A stretch of DNA of 32,000 nucleotides from a cyanobacterium endosymbiont of Braarudosphaera bigelowii (GCF_020885515.1 NZ_AP024987.1:1440001-1472000), one strand, 5' to 3'; counted from the first letter of the stretch, positions 18,952 to 28,064 are shown. A program made the numbers and translations. The notes: generated by a model from the sequence alone, not told the origin.

Positions 18952-20556
18952 ATGTTTACGAACAATATTCCCTGGCTAACTGCTCTTATTCTCTTACCTT
19001 TGCTTGCTGCCTTTGCTATTCCTCTAATTCCCGATAAAGATGGGAAGACCCTTCGCTCTTATTCATTGGGTGTAAGCTTATTAAACTTTGGTTTAACTAT
19101 TACTGCGATATCTAGCGGATATGACTTTAGCAAAACTGATCTTCAGTTTTCAGAAAACTATAGCTGGATTCCAAGTATTGGACTTGGTTGGTCTCTAGGT
19201 ATTGATGGTTTATCAATGCCTTTAATTGTCTTATCAGGACTTATAACAACTGTTGCGTTACTGGCATCCTGGAATGTACAGAAAAAGCCACAGCTTTTTT
19301 ATTTTCTAATGCTAGTGTTATATAGTGCTCAAATTGGTGTTTTTGCTGCACAAGACGTTTTACTATTTTTCTTTATGTGGGAGCTAGAACTTGTTCCCGT
19401 TTACCTGTTGATCTCTATCTGGGGTGGTGAAAAACGATTATATGCAGCTACAAAATTTATCTTGTATACTGCTCTTGCCTCTATCGGAATTTTAATTTCT
19501 GCTCTTCTTCTTGCTTTTTATGGTGATAATGTCACCTTCAACATGGCAGAGTTAAGTATGAAAGAAATACCTGTCTCCCTGCAAGTTGTAATATACATGG
19601 GTTTCTTAATAGCTTATGCAGTCAAATTACCAATATTTCCTTTTCATACCTGGTTGCCTGATGCACATAGTCAAGCCTCTACCCCAGTATCTATGATATT
19701 AGCTGGTGTTCTTTTAAAGATGGGCGGATACGGACTTATTCGTTTTAACATGGAAATGTTACCTAATGCTCACATTATATTTGCTCCTTTATTATTAATT
19801 CTGGGAGTTGTAAATGTTGTCTATGGTGCATTTGCAGCATTTGGTCAAACTAACCTTAAGCGCCGTCTTGCCTGTTCTTCATTATCACATATGGGCTTTG
19901 TTCTTATTGGTATATCTTCATTTACTGAAGTAGGTATGAATGGAGCGGTGTTCCAGATGGTTTCACATGGTTTAATAGCTGCAGCCTTATTCTTTTTATG
20001 TGGTGCTACCTATGAACGTACTCATACTTTGATGATGGACGAGATGGGTGGACTTGCTTTAAAAATGCCTAAAACTTTTGCATTATTCACAACTTCAGCA
20101 ATGGCTTCTCTAGCTTTACCTGGTATGAGTGGATTTGTGGCAGAGCTTACTATTTTCTTAGGAGTCACTGAAAGCGACGCCTACACCGCAGCATTTAAAA
20201 CTGTAGCCATATTTCTTACAGCAGTAGGTCTGATTTTAACTCCTATTTATTTATTATCCATGTTAAGAGTTGTTTTTTATGGACAAAGTAATGAAAAGCT
20301 GGAGTTAAGTAAGTTTAATTTAGATGCTAAGCCGCGTGAAATATTTATATCAGCTTGCTTAATTCTACCTATTATTATTATGGGCTTATATCCTAAGCTA
20401 GCCACAGAAACTTTTGATGCAAAAACTGTAGAAGTGAATTCTAAAGTTCGCTCTGTTTTGCCAATAGTTGTACAAGAAGCAAGACTCCACTATCATCAGG
20501 ACAATGTGAACAAAAAATTATTTCCTGCAGTATTAATTAATACTAAGATCAATTAA
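18952..20556 (+). CDS. ndhD: NAD(P)H-quinone oxidoreductase (NDH-1) subunit 4, NdhD1/D2-size class
   Basis: The 534-aa antiporter-like subunit contains [45 protein letters not shown] and [11 protein letters not shown]. Confidence 0.95.
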   Translation: MFTNNIPWLTALILLPLLAAFAIPLIPDKDGKTLRSYSLGVSLLNFGLTITAISSGYDFSKTDLQFSENYSWIPSIGLGWSLGIDGLSMPLIVLSGLITTVALLASWNVQKKPQLFYFLMLVLYSAQIGVFAAQDVLLFFFMWELELVPVYLLISIWGGEKRLYAATKFILYTALASIGILISALLLAFYGDNVTFNMAELSMKEIPVSLQVVIYMGFLIAYAVKLPIFPFHTWLPDAHSQASTPVSMILAGVLLKMGGYGLIRFNMEMLPNAHIIFAPLLLILGVVNVVYGAFAAFGQTNLKRRLACSSLSHMGFVLIGISSFTEVGMNGAVFQMVSHGLIAAALFFLCGATYERTHTLMMDEMGGLALKMPKTFALFTTSAMASLALPGMSGFVAELTIFLGVTESDAYTAAFKTVAIFLTAVGLILTPIYLLSMLRVVFYGQSNEKLELSKFNLDAKPREIFISACLILPIIIMGLYPKLATETFDAKTVEVNSKVRSVLPIVVQEARLHYHQDNVNKKLFPAVLINTKIN

Positions 20557-20573
20557 TTATGTAAAGATACATT

Positions 20574-20632
20574 TTTTACGATTTGAGGGGTGGGGCTATT
20601 ATAATAATAGCCCCACCCCTCAAATCGTAAAA
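20574..20632 (+). terminator. 59-nt perfect palindrome (29-bp arms around a single central A), GC-rich core; probable very strong terminator after ndhD
   Basis: TTTTACGATTTGAGGGGTGGGGCTATTAT-A-ATAATAGCCCCACCCCTCAAATCGTAAAA. I checked every pair 20574/20632 ... 20602/20604 by hand. It starts 18 nt after the ndhD stop and is followed by GACTTTTG. Confidence 0.55.
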
Positions 20633-20846
20633 GACTTTTGTAAATTAAAAGCTGAAAATGAAATATATATTGTAAGGTTTAAAATATATATTGAGCAATC
20701 AAACTTGTCTAACAAAATTATAGTTTCAATACATGAAAACTAGATATATAATTTAATTTAAGGTTCTCTTGTAAAATCAAAGTTGTTTTTTTACTTGATA
20801 AGCTTCTTGCTATAAATACAACTAATATATATATAATAAGATTCTA

Positions 20847-21323
20847 ATGACCAAAATAATCTTAATAAAACAGAATGATATAGTTAACTTGGATATTAGT
20901 GTCATCACTAATATTATCGAACCAAAATTAAAAAAAGAAGAGGTTATATCACTTGAACAAACCTTCACCTTTGATATTGAGTATCCCCAACCATCTAGCG
21001 ATCCTAGAGAACTATCTGAAATTTCTGAAATCCGTTTATGGTTTATTCGTCTAGATGGAATATACCCATGGATACCTTTTATTTTAGATCCCAAAAAAGG
21101 AGAATTAGCAAGATATACAGCAATGCTAGTTCCTCATCAGTTCAATAGAGTAAATGGAATCCAGTATAATTCTGAGGCACTAGAAATCTTTGTGATGCAT
21201 AAGTTATTTATCATATCTGATTGGCTAAAAAAACAAAATATCTATTCTATATTTCGTTTAAAAAATATTGCTCAGTTACTAGGCTATGATGTTGAAGAGA
21301 ATTTTTTTAAAAAATTGTCTTAA
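20847..21323 (+). CDS. CRR6-like (chlororespiratory reduction 6 / DUF1817) NDH-1 assembly factor
   Basis: The 158-aa protein contains DPRELSEISEIRLWFIRLDGIYPWIPFILDPKKGELARYTAMLVPHQF ... GIQYNSEALEIFVMHK. From memory, this matches the conserved core of the cyanobacterial/plant CRR6 family. I have not checked it by search. Confidence 0.6.
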   Translation: MTKIILIKQNDIVNLDISVITNIIEPKLKKEEVISLEQTFTFDIEYPQPSSDPRELSEISEIRLWFIRLDGIYPWIPFILDPKKGELARYTAMLVPHQFNRVNGIQYNSEALEIFVMHKLFIISDWLKKQNIYSIFRLKNIAQLLGYDVEENFFKKLS

Positions 21324-21337
21324 TAAAAAAAAGAACA

Positions 21338-21829
21338 CTACACAATATTTTTATCAGATATTTCTTGTAGATGTTCCTTAACTGTTTTTCTCGTTATTGG
21401 ATGTTTCCAGGTAGACGCTATAGTACAAAGGGGTAGCAAAACGAATTTACGTTTTGTCATTTGAGGATGTGGTATTTGTAAAAAAGGTGTCTCGATAATC
21501 AAATGTTCGCATAACAAAATATCTAAATCCAGAGTTCTTGCACCCCATTTTTCATCTCGAACCCTTCCAAATCTTTTTTCAATATTCAATAAAACTTCTA
21601 ATAATTTTTTAGGATTAATTGGTGAATTTACAATGACACAACCATTGTAATAGATAGGTTGTTTTGGTCCTATTGGAAACGTTTTATAGAAAGGAGAATA
21701 TGAAGTTAAATCTATATTAGGATACCGAGACAAAAGTATTATTACTTTATCCAAGATAGCACATGAATCTCCTAGATTACTTCCTAAAGCAACTGCATAT
21801 TCAACCATATTTATTACGTAAAACATCAT
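21338..21829 (-). CDS. folK: 2-amino-4-hydroxy-6-hydroxymethyldihydropteridine diphosphokinase (HPPK)
   Basis: Contains AVALGSNLGDS, FGRVRDEKWGARTLDLDILL and LQIPHPQM. The true start is probably the Met at 21808 (MVEYAVALGSNLG), because HPPKs begin 3-5 residues before the A-LGSN motif. Confidence 0.9.
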   Translation of the reverse strand: MMFYVINMVEYAVALGSNLGDSCAILDKVIILLSRYPNIDLTSYSPFYKTFPIGPKQPIYYNGCVIVNSPINPKKLLEVLLNIEKRFGRVRDEKWGARTLDLDILLCEHLIIETPFLQIPHPQMTKRKFVLLPLCTIASTWKHPITRKTVKEHLQEISDKNIV

Positions 21830-21936
21830 ATAACTACTTTAAATTATTGATTATTAAAATATTTATTTAATCTTCTAATTTATATAGTTCAGTATCTTAA
21901 ATATCCTTGATAACTTTTAAAAGTTGATTGAAATTA

Positions 21937-24594
21937 TTAAAATTCAGCTTTATTCTTCGAACCTGTAATTTTGTCTGAAATATCTTCTAGTAAAGTATAG
22001 AGAACTGGTACAACAATCAAGCTTAATGCAGAAGAAGTAAATAATCCTCCAAGGATCGCTACAGCCATTGGTTGTCTTAATTCAGCTCCAGCACCTAATC
22101 CAATCGCGATTGGCAACATTCCTAAGATACTTGAAGCAGTAGTCATTATTATTGGACGTAACCGAACTTCTCCTGTTCTTAAGATAGCATCATGACGACT
22201 CATGCCTTGTGCTCTAAGTTGATTAGTGTAGTCCATCAATAGAATGGCGTTTTTGTCTAAAAGTCCTAGCAAAAATATTAGCCCAATTAATGAAATCATT
22301 CCAAAATCATTTTGCGTAATTAATAGAGCAAACATTGCTCCAACTATTGATAAAGGTAGAGATAAAAATACTACAAAAGATTCTAAAAAGCGTCCGAAAG
22401 TTAAGTATAGGATTATCATCATACATGCGATAGCAAAAAATAAGGTAATAGCAAATTCTTTAAAAATGCTAAGAACTTGAGCAGATGCTCCTTGGATCTC
22501 AAAATTAACATTATCAGGTAAAAGTTTCGTGGTTATTTCTTTTACTTTCTTGGTAGTATCTCCTAAGCCTACGCCTTCAAATAAGTTAGCAGTTAAATAT
22601 ATAACTCTAGTTTTTTGAAAGTGTTCAATTAAAGAGTTATGGCTATTAATCGATGATAATTTAATATCTGCTAAACCTGATAAGCTATCTAAACGTCTTT
22701 TTAAATCTTGGGCCGTCTTCTCAAGACTTTCTAAGTTATCACTTAATAATGCTATTTTCAAAGGACTATCGTCACCAGTCTCAATAAAGAGAATATCCTC
22801 TACACTTATACTTCCTCCTCTTAAAGTTGGAAATTTCCTTCTAAGTTCATTTTGAACCTGACTAGTGCTTAAAGATCTGTTTTCTTTGAGCCTGACGTAT
22901 ATCTTTCCTTTGAGCGGATTACCTTGATAGCCAGCAGTACTATAAACTGATAAGACGTTAGAATTTTCCAAAATGACGCTTTCTAATTTACTAGCAACAC
23001 GATAATTTTTCCGCAATAGAAAACGTTCGGGAGACTGAGAAAAATCTTGAAATAAAGAAAAATTATTGTTATCTAAGTTTTTATCATGAGCTACTTGTAA
23101 ACGCTTCGGAATTTTAGGAGATGGCAAATTATAAATTACATTAAACTCTCCTCTATCTAGTTTTGGAATAAAACCTTGAGGAATGAATGGAATTAATGCA
23201 ATTCCAATTAAAAAACTTACAAGAGCGGCGCTAATAACTATCTTTCTATTACATAAAGACCAATTTAGGAGTCGACGATATTCTTGGGCAAGAAAAAATG
23301 GTTTTTTATGAGTATCTAATGATTTTTTTGTTGGTTTTATCCAATATATTGCTAGAACGGGAGATAAAGTACGAGCTACTAACAGAGAAATTAAAACAGC
23401 TGCAGAAATAGTAATACCAAAGGGTTTGAAAAATTGTCCTAGGCTTCCCCCAATAAATGCAATGGGAAGAAAAACAGCAGCTAGAGTTAATGTCGAAGAT
23501 ATGACTGTTAACCCAATTTCATCGGTGCCTTTAATTGCTGCTTCACGTGGAGTCATCCCATTATCAATATGACGAGTTATATTTTCTACATCTACAATTG
23601 CATCATCAACAATAATACCTATAACAAGAGCTAATCCTAACAAGGTAATTGTTTCTAAATTGAATTTAGCTATAGCTATGACAATGAAAGTTCCCAATAA
23701 TGATATAGGAATAGCTAAAGCAGTAATTAAAGTTGCTGGAATATTACGTAAACAAAAAAATATAACTAGAACAGCTAGGATAATAGCTCCCATCAATGCT
23801 TCTAATGTTGCTTGACTAGCTTCTTCAATATAGTTAGCTTGATTCTCAGCAATAGTTAATCGAATATCAGGTAGTGTTGCACTTAAATTAGTTACTTCTT
23901 TTTGAACAGCTGCAGCAACATCCAAAATATTACTATCTGCAGTTTTAACTACTTGAACTGCTAGAATATCTTCTTGGTTAAGCCTAGTTAAAGTTAATAG
24001 TTCTGAGTCTAGTGCATCTCTTTCTTCATCTTGAAAGAAACCATCTCCTAGTAGTGAAACTCTTTTAACCCCTGACAAAGATTTAAGCGAAGGAATAATA
24101 TTTTCTTTTGCAACCGATATTAAATTTTCAACCTCTATAGTCTTACTAGATATTGCATAAGTAACTGCTACAGATTCATTTAAATTAATAGCTTTAACTT
24201 CTTCTAAAACTGCATCAGAAGATAAACTTGCCTTTTCTAATGATTTTTTAATAGCTGAAGCTGACTCTTCTAAGCTTGATCCTGCAGGAAAACTAATATT
24301 AATTACGGTTTTACCAGGATAAGTGGAAGACATTAATTCTACTTCAGGAATTGAACTTAAAGCAGTTTCTAAAGGATTGGTAAGTTGTTGCTCGGTTTCT
24401 AAAGTGGTTTCTAGGGGTATATTTCCACTAACGATAATTACGGGAAAAGAAATTTCAGGAAATAAGGCGTATTTTAGAGAATTAAAGGCGAATATACCTG
24501 AAATAGCAATAGTAATTACTATAAACAAGGTGACTTTTGTATATTTAATTGCTATGCGGGAAATGTTTAGGTATTCTCGCCAAGATTTTTTCAT
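21937..24594 (-). CDS. RND (HAE1/AcrB-like) inner-membrane transporter, short form (885 aa)
   Basis: The topology is 12-TM. TM4 reads GLALVIGIIVDDAIVDVENI, as in AcrB/CzcA-type pumps, and the C-terminal half contains KNAILLMDY and RLRPIIMTTAS. Both periplasmic loops are about 75-85 aa shorter than in E. coli AcrB. Confidence 0.9.
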   Translation of the reverse strand: MKKSWREYLNISRIAIKYTKVTLFIVITIAISGIFAFNSLKYALFPEISFPVIIVSGNIPLETTLETEQQLTNPLETALSSIPEVELMSSTYPGKTVINISFPAGSSLEESASAIKKSLEKASLSSDAVLEEVKAINLNESVAVTYAISSKTIEVENLISVAKENIIPSLKSLSGVKRVSLLGDGFFQDEERDALDSELLTLTRLNQEDILAVQVVKTADSNILDVAAAVQKEVTNLSATLPDIRLTIAENQANYIEEASQATLEALMGAIILAVLVIFFCLRNIPATLITALAIPISLLGTFIVIAIAKFNLETITLLGLALVIGIIVDDAIVDVENITRHIDNGMTPREAAIKGTDEIGLTVISSTLTLAAVFLPIAFIGGSLGQFFKPFGITISAAVLISLLVARTLSPVLAIYWIKPTKKSLDTHKKPFFLAQEYRRLLNWSLCNRKIVISAALVSFLIGIALIPFIPQGFIPKLDRGEFNVIYNLPSPKIPKRLQVAHDKNLDNNNFSLFQDFSQSPERFLLRKNYRVASKLESVILENSNVLSVYSTAGYQGNPLKGKIYVRLKENRSLSTSQVQNELRRKFPTLRGGSISVEDILFIETGDDSPLKIALLSDNLESLEKTAQDLKRRLDSLSGLADIKLSSINSHNSLIEHFQKTRVIYLTANLFEGVGLGDTTKKVKEITTKLLPDNVNFEIQGASAQVLSIFKEFAITLFFAIACMMIILYLTFGRFLESFVVFLSLPLSIVGAMFALLITQNDFGMISLIGLIFLLGLLDKNAILLMDYTNQLRAQGMSRHDAILRTGEVRLRPIIMTTASSILGMLPIAIGLGAGAELRQPMAVAILGGLFTSSALSLIVVPVLYTLLEDISDKITGSKNKAEF

Positions 24595-24760
24595 AAAAAT
24601 TCGTACCTTTTTACACCATTTACATAATTAATACATAGTTAAATCATGAGCCTACTTTAAAAGCTAGGCTTTAATAAAGTTTTGGAGTTATTGTTTCTAC
24701 TAGTAATATTTTTATAGTATCTTTCGAAAATATTTAGTATCTTCTCTATTATCTGAAATT

Positions 24761-25108
24761 TCAACTATCAAAAAGAATATTATCGAAAATAGCTTGAAAG
24801 CAAGTCTCTCCAAATTTAGTTAGAGTTTGTCTAGCTTTACCATCTTTAGCACGATATTTATTGTAAAGTGTAGAGAATGCTTGACTAGAATATTTTTTCT
24901 TTAGCGAACGGATAGTACAGTTGCATCCTTCTTTCGCTTCATTTTCATTTAGTCCAGCTTTCTTTGCTTCAGGAACGCATGCTTGATTGTAAAATTGTGT
25001 GAATGGGTCAGCAGCGTTTACATTAGAAGAGACAAGTATTGTACTTAATCCTAAAGAGCAACACACCACATTTGTTAATAACTTCTGATTTATATTCATA
25101 TTGTACAT
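24761..25108 (-). CDS. small secreted protein of unknown function (signal peptide, 4 Cys in the mature part)
   Basis: A hydrophobic leader, LLTNVVCCSLGLSTILVSSNVNA, is followed by ADPF (AxA-type cleavage site). The mature protein is about 83 aa, basic and Cys-containing (C-x17-C-x-C ... C). I do not recognise a family. Confidence 0.6.
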   Translation of the reverse strand: MYNMNINQKLLTNVVCCSLGLSTILVSSNVNAADPFTQFYNQACVPEAKKAGLNENEAKEGCNCTIRSLKKKYSSQAFSTLYNKYRAKDGKARQTLTKFGETCFQAIFDNILFDS

Positions 25109-25329
25109 AAGGGCATAACAAGATTATAGATTAATACCTTGCATCCTTGCCTTGCAGTCTATTATTTAATATTATGGTAGTAACACTAACATTATACTGG
25201 TTATTTCTACTGTACAACTTGTTTTGACAAAGAAAATGTAGTTTAAGGTTCTTAAGAAAAATTTGAGATTTATATATTATTAATTTCTGTTTTTATTTAA
25301 TAATCTTTGCTATAGTATAAATATTGTTC

Positions 25330-25400
25330 GGCGGCATGGCCAAGTGGTAAGGCAGAGGTCTGCAAAATCTTTATCCCCAGTTCGAATCTGGGTGCCGCCT
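25330..25400 (+). tRNA. tRNA-Cys (anticodon GCA)
   Basis: It folds by hand into a 71-nt cloverleaf. The acceptor is GGCGGCA/TGCCGCC and the T arm is CCCAG-TTCGAAT-CTGGG. The anticodon loop is CTGCAAA. The discriminator is U73 and there is an A13:A22 mismatch, both known tRNA-Cys traits. CCA is not encoded. Confidence 0.95.
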
Positions 25401-25586
25401 TATTTTATATATTTATAAGTTTTTCGTTCAATTTACTACTCTGAACGAGAGACTTGTAAGTCAACCGAGCTACATACAATTGATAATTACTAGTTAATAA
25501 GTAACATTTAATAAGCTTATTACTCGATTTCGTATGTTAAAGTATTAATCCATACCTCAGTTTTCGACTAAAATATCCTTTAACTA

Positions 25587-26417
25587 TTAAAGATTACTAG
25601 AATCTAGACTTTCAGCTACTTCTGGAGAAAGAGGTAAATGTAAACCACATTCTTGTTTTAATCCGTGAAAACGAGTGTCTCGTTCATTATTGTCATCTGC
25701 TTTCATTGGACGACTTGAATGCCAATCTCCCACACTAACATATCCTTTTTCAAAGTAGGGGTGATATGGAAGTTCATTAACAGTTAAGTAATTATAAACA
25801 TCACGAGAGTTCCAGTCTAAAATAGGATGTATTTTATATTGTTTCTCTCGTAAAACAATTGTTTCTAGAGATTTGCGGTGTTCTGTTTGTTGACGACGTA
25901 AACCAGCTAGCCAAGCCGTAGAATTAAGTTCTTTTAAAGCTCTTTGCATTGGTTCAACTTTACGCATAAAATCATAGCGGTTTAGAGCATTAACATTTTG
26001 GTGTTCCCATAATTTACCATAAAGAGCTTCCATTCTTGCTGGAGTAAGAGAAGATTGATAGACTTTTAAATTTAGGTTAAGTCGTTCAGTTAGTTCTTGG
26101 GCAAATCGATAAGTTTCTGCAGGAAGGTAACCCGTATCAACCCAAATAACTGAAATATCCGGAACTACTCTAGTAGCTAAATGTAACATTACTGCAGCTT
26201 GAATACCGAAACTTGTGCTGATAACTAGCCCATTACCAAAAGTTTCTGCTGCCCACTCTATAACTTGTTGAGCGCTGGCATCTTTTAGTTTATGTTTAAC
26301 CTCTTCTAAAGATAAATCAGGTCTACCAATTTCTTGAGCATCGGTATTGTAAAGATGTTCAGAAAGCTGCTGATTATTCAGATAAGTATTTACAGAACGG
26401 AAATCTGATTTGGACAT
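25587..26417 (-). CDS. cysH: phosphoadenosine phosphosulfate (PAPS) reductase, thioredoxin-dependent type
   Basis: Contains [13 protein letters not shown] and the C-terminal catalytic ECGLH. It lacks the CC...CxxC Fe-S cysteines of APS reductases: [10 protein letters not shown] and [11 protein letters not shown] occupy those positions. Confidence 0.92.
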   Translation of the reverse strand: MSKSDFRSVNTYLNNQQLSEHLYNTDAQEIGRPDLSLEEVKHKLKDASAQQVIEWAAETFGNGLVISTSFGIQAAVMLHLATRVVPDISVIWVDTGYLPAETYRFAQELTERLNLNLKVYQSSLTPARMEALYGKLWEHQNVNALNRYDFMRKVEPMQRALKELNSTAWLAGLRRQQTEHRKSLETIVLREKQYKIHPILDWNSRDVYNYLTVNELPYHPYFEKGYVSVGDWHSSRPMKADDNNERDTRFHGLKQECGLHLPLSPEVAESLDSSNL

Positions 26418-27088
26418 ATGATAATTCTTTTATACATTCAATAATTATGTTTTAAGAAAAGTAACTACAATATAATATAAAATTAGAAGGCAACAGTTAA
26501 TCTTGTACAATTATATCTTGATTGATTTAGAGTAGATATCTTAATTACAATAATAAAGCAGAATTTAATAATTTATACCGAAAAAAGTTACTAATATAAA
26601 TTTATACAAACATTTGTTATTTGTGCAAATTTACAAAATTATCAAGTAGATTTTAAATAATTATTCTAAGAATAAAAATCTTCCATAGATATTAAAAATA
26701 AAGCATTCTAAAAATAACAGCTACTTTTTATATTTTTGCAGATTCTTAAAAAGCTATTCAAAGATTATTTCTTAATAACTACGAAATGTCTCATTTTTAT
26801 TCTACTTGTCATGTAATAAAATTGATTTCTATATTAAAGTTTTGTACTCCATAAAATTTTTTGCATAGCAAAGATTTTTCCTAATCTACATGTTGTTTGC
26901 TACTGACTTCCTACCAAAAATATAGATATTTTAACAGTCAGAATTATAAGACAGCTTTAGACTTTAATAACTCATAATCACCTGGGGAAAATATTATGAA
27001 GTACTTCTAGAAACAAAAAATTTAAATATAATTATTTAGAATATTAAAAAATTAAGTTTAGTAGTTAAATTGATTATTTTCTTTATTT

Positions 27089-27820
27089 TTATAACTCTTC
27101 TCCAGGTTCTAAAATACGTTGAAAAAGATATCCAGTACCTCTCGCTGTTAGTATTAGTTCAGGATTACTTGGATCATCTTCTAACTTTGCTCTTAAACGA
27201 GAAATATGAACATCTACTACTCTAGTATCTACGTGGCGTTCTGGAGTATATCCCCATACTTCTTGTAATATTTCTGAGCGAGAGAAAGGTTCACCAGAAC
27301 GGCTTACTAACAATTCCAATAAACTAAATTCCATTCCTGTTAAACGTATACGCTCATCACCTTTATAAACTTGACGTTTATTTGTATCAATTTTTATCGA
27401 GGCAATAGAAATTACCCCAGAATTAGGAATTCCTGGAGTACTGCTTTTCTCTACTCGTCTTAATACAGAACGGATCCTCGCCTCTAACTCTTTTGGTGAA
27501 AAAGGTTTAACTACATAATCGTCAGCTCCTAATTCTAGTCCTGTAATACGATCAGCAACATCTCCTAAGGCGGTCAACATTATAATTGGTATATCTGATT
27601 CTTTACGTAATTCTTGACATACTCCATAACCATCTAATTTTGGCATCATTACGTCTAAAACGACCAAGTCAGGTACTGTATTATAAAAAATCTCTAAAGC
27701 TTCCTCTCCATCAGCAGCTGTTACAACATCATAGCCAATCATAGAGAGACGAGTCTCTAAAATGCGACGTATACTTGCTTCGTCATCAACTACTAGGATT
27801 TTCTCTTTATATGTTTCCAA
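27089..27820 (-). CDS. rpaB: OmpR-family response regulator RpaB (Ycf27)
   Basis: KEKILVVDDEASIRRILETRLSMIGYDVVTAADGEEALE ... VVLDVMMPKLDGYGVCQELRKESDIPIIMLTALGDVADRITGLELGADDYVVKPFSPKELEARIRSVLRRV is nearly identical to the cyanobacterial RpaB I recall. It uses a TTG start at 27820, and the N-terminus M-E-x-x-KEK aligns with homologues. Confidence 0.93.
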   Translation of the reverse strand: METYKEKILVVDDEASIRRILETRLSMIGYDVVTAADGEEALEIFYNTVPDLVVLDVMMPKLDGYGVCQELRKESDIPIIMLTALGDVADRITGLELGADDYVVKPFSPKELEARIRSVLRRVEKSSTPGIPNSGVISIASIKIDTNKRQVYKGDERIRLTGMEFSLLELLVSRSGEPFSRSEILQEVWGYTPERHVDTRVVDVHISRLRAKLEDDPSNPELILTARGTGYLFQRILEPGEEL

Positions 27821-28064
27821 TTTTACTCACACTCCCTAATTATTAAGTAAAGTTATCAGCTTCTATTAAGTTAAATAGCTAACTATCAGTTTCAATAAGA
27901 TTCAGAATATTTTTTTGTTATCCTTGCGTTTAAGTTATTGATTTAGAATATAAGTATAATATAAGTCTAAAAGTAAATATTTTCCTAACACTTTTTATCG
28001 TTTTCTCTTTTTTTAAACTATATTCAATTCTTTAATTTTTTTTAATGATTCTACAAATTTAATT

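Noticed and set aside
20822-21094. 90-aa minus-strand ORF antisense to the CRR6-like gene
   Set aside because: The plus-strand frame carries the conserved CRR6-type core, so this is its shadow.
22244-22480. Plus-strand ORFs 22244-22480 and 24323-24631 inside or overlapping the RND gene
   Set aside because: They are antisense shadows of a 12-TM RND coding frame with clear family motifs.
27825-27836. ACTCACACTCCC, which superficially resembles the Yfr1 sRNA core ACUCCUCACAC
   Set aside because: The order of the sub-motifs differs. The stretch is simply the antisense of the rpaB ribosome-binding region (GGGAGTGTGAGT), and there are no flanking stem-loops.
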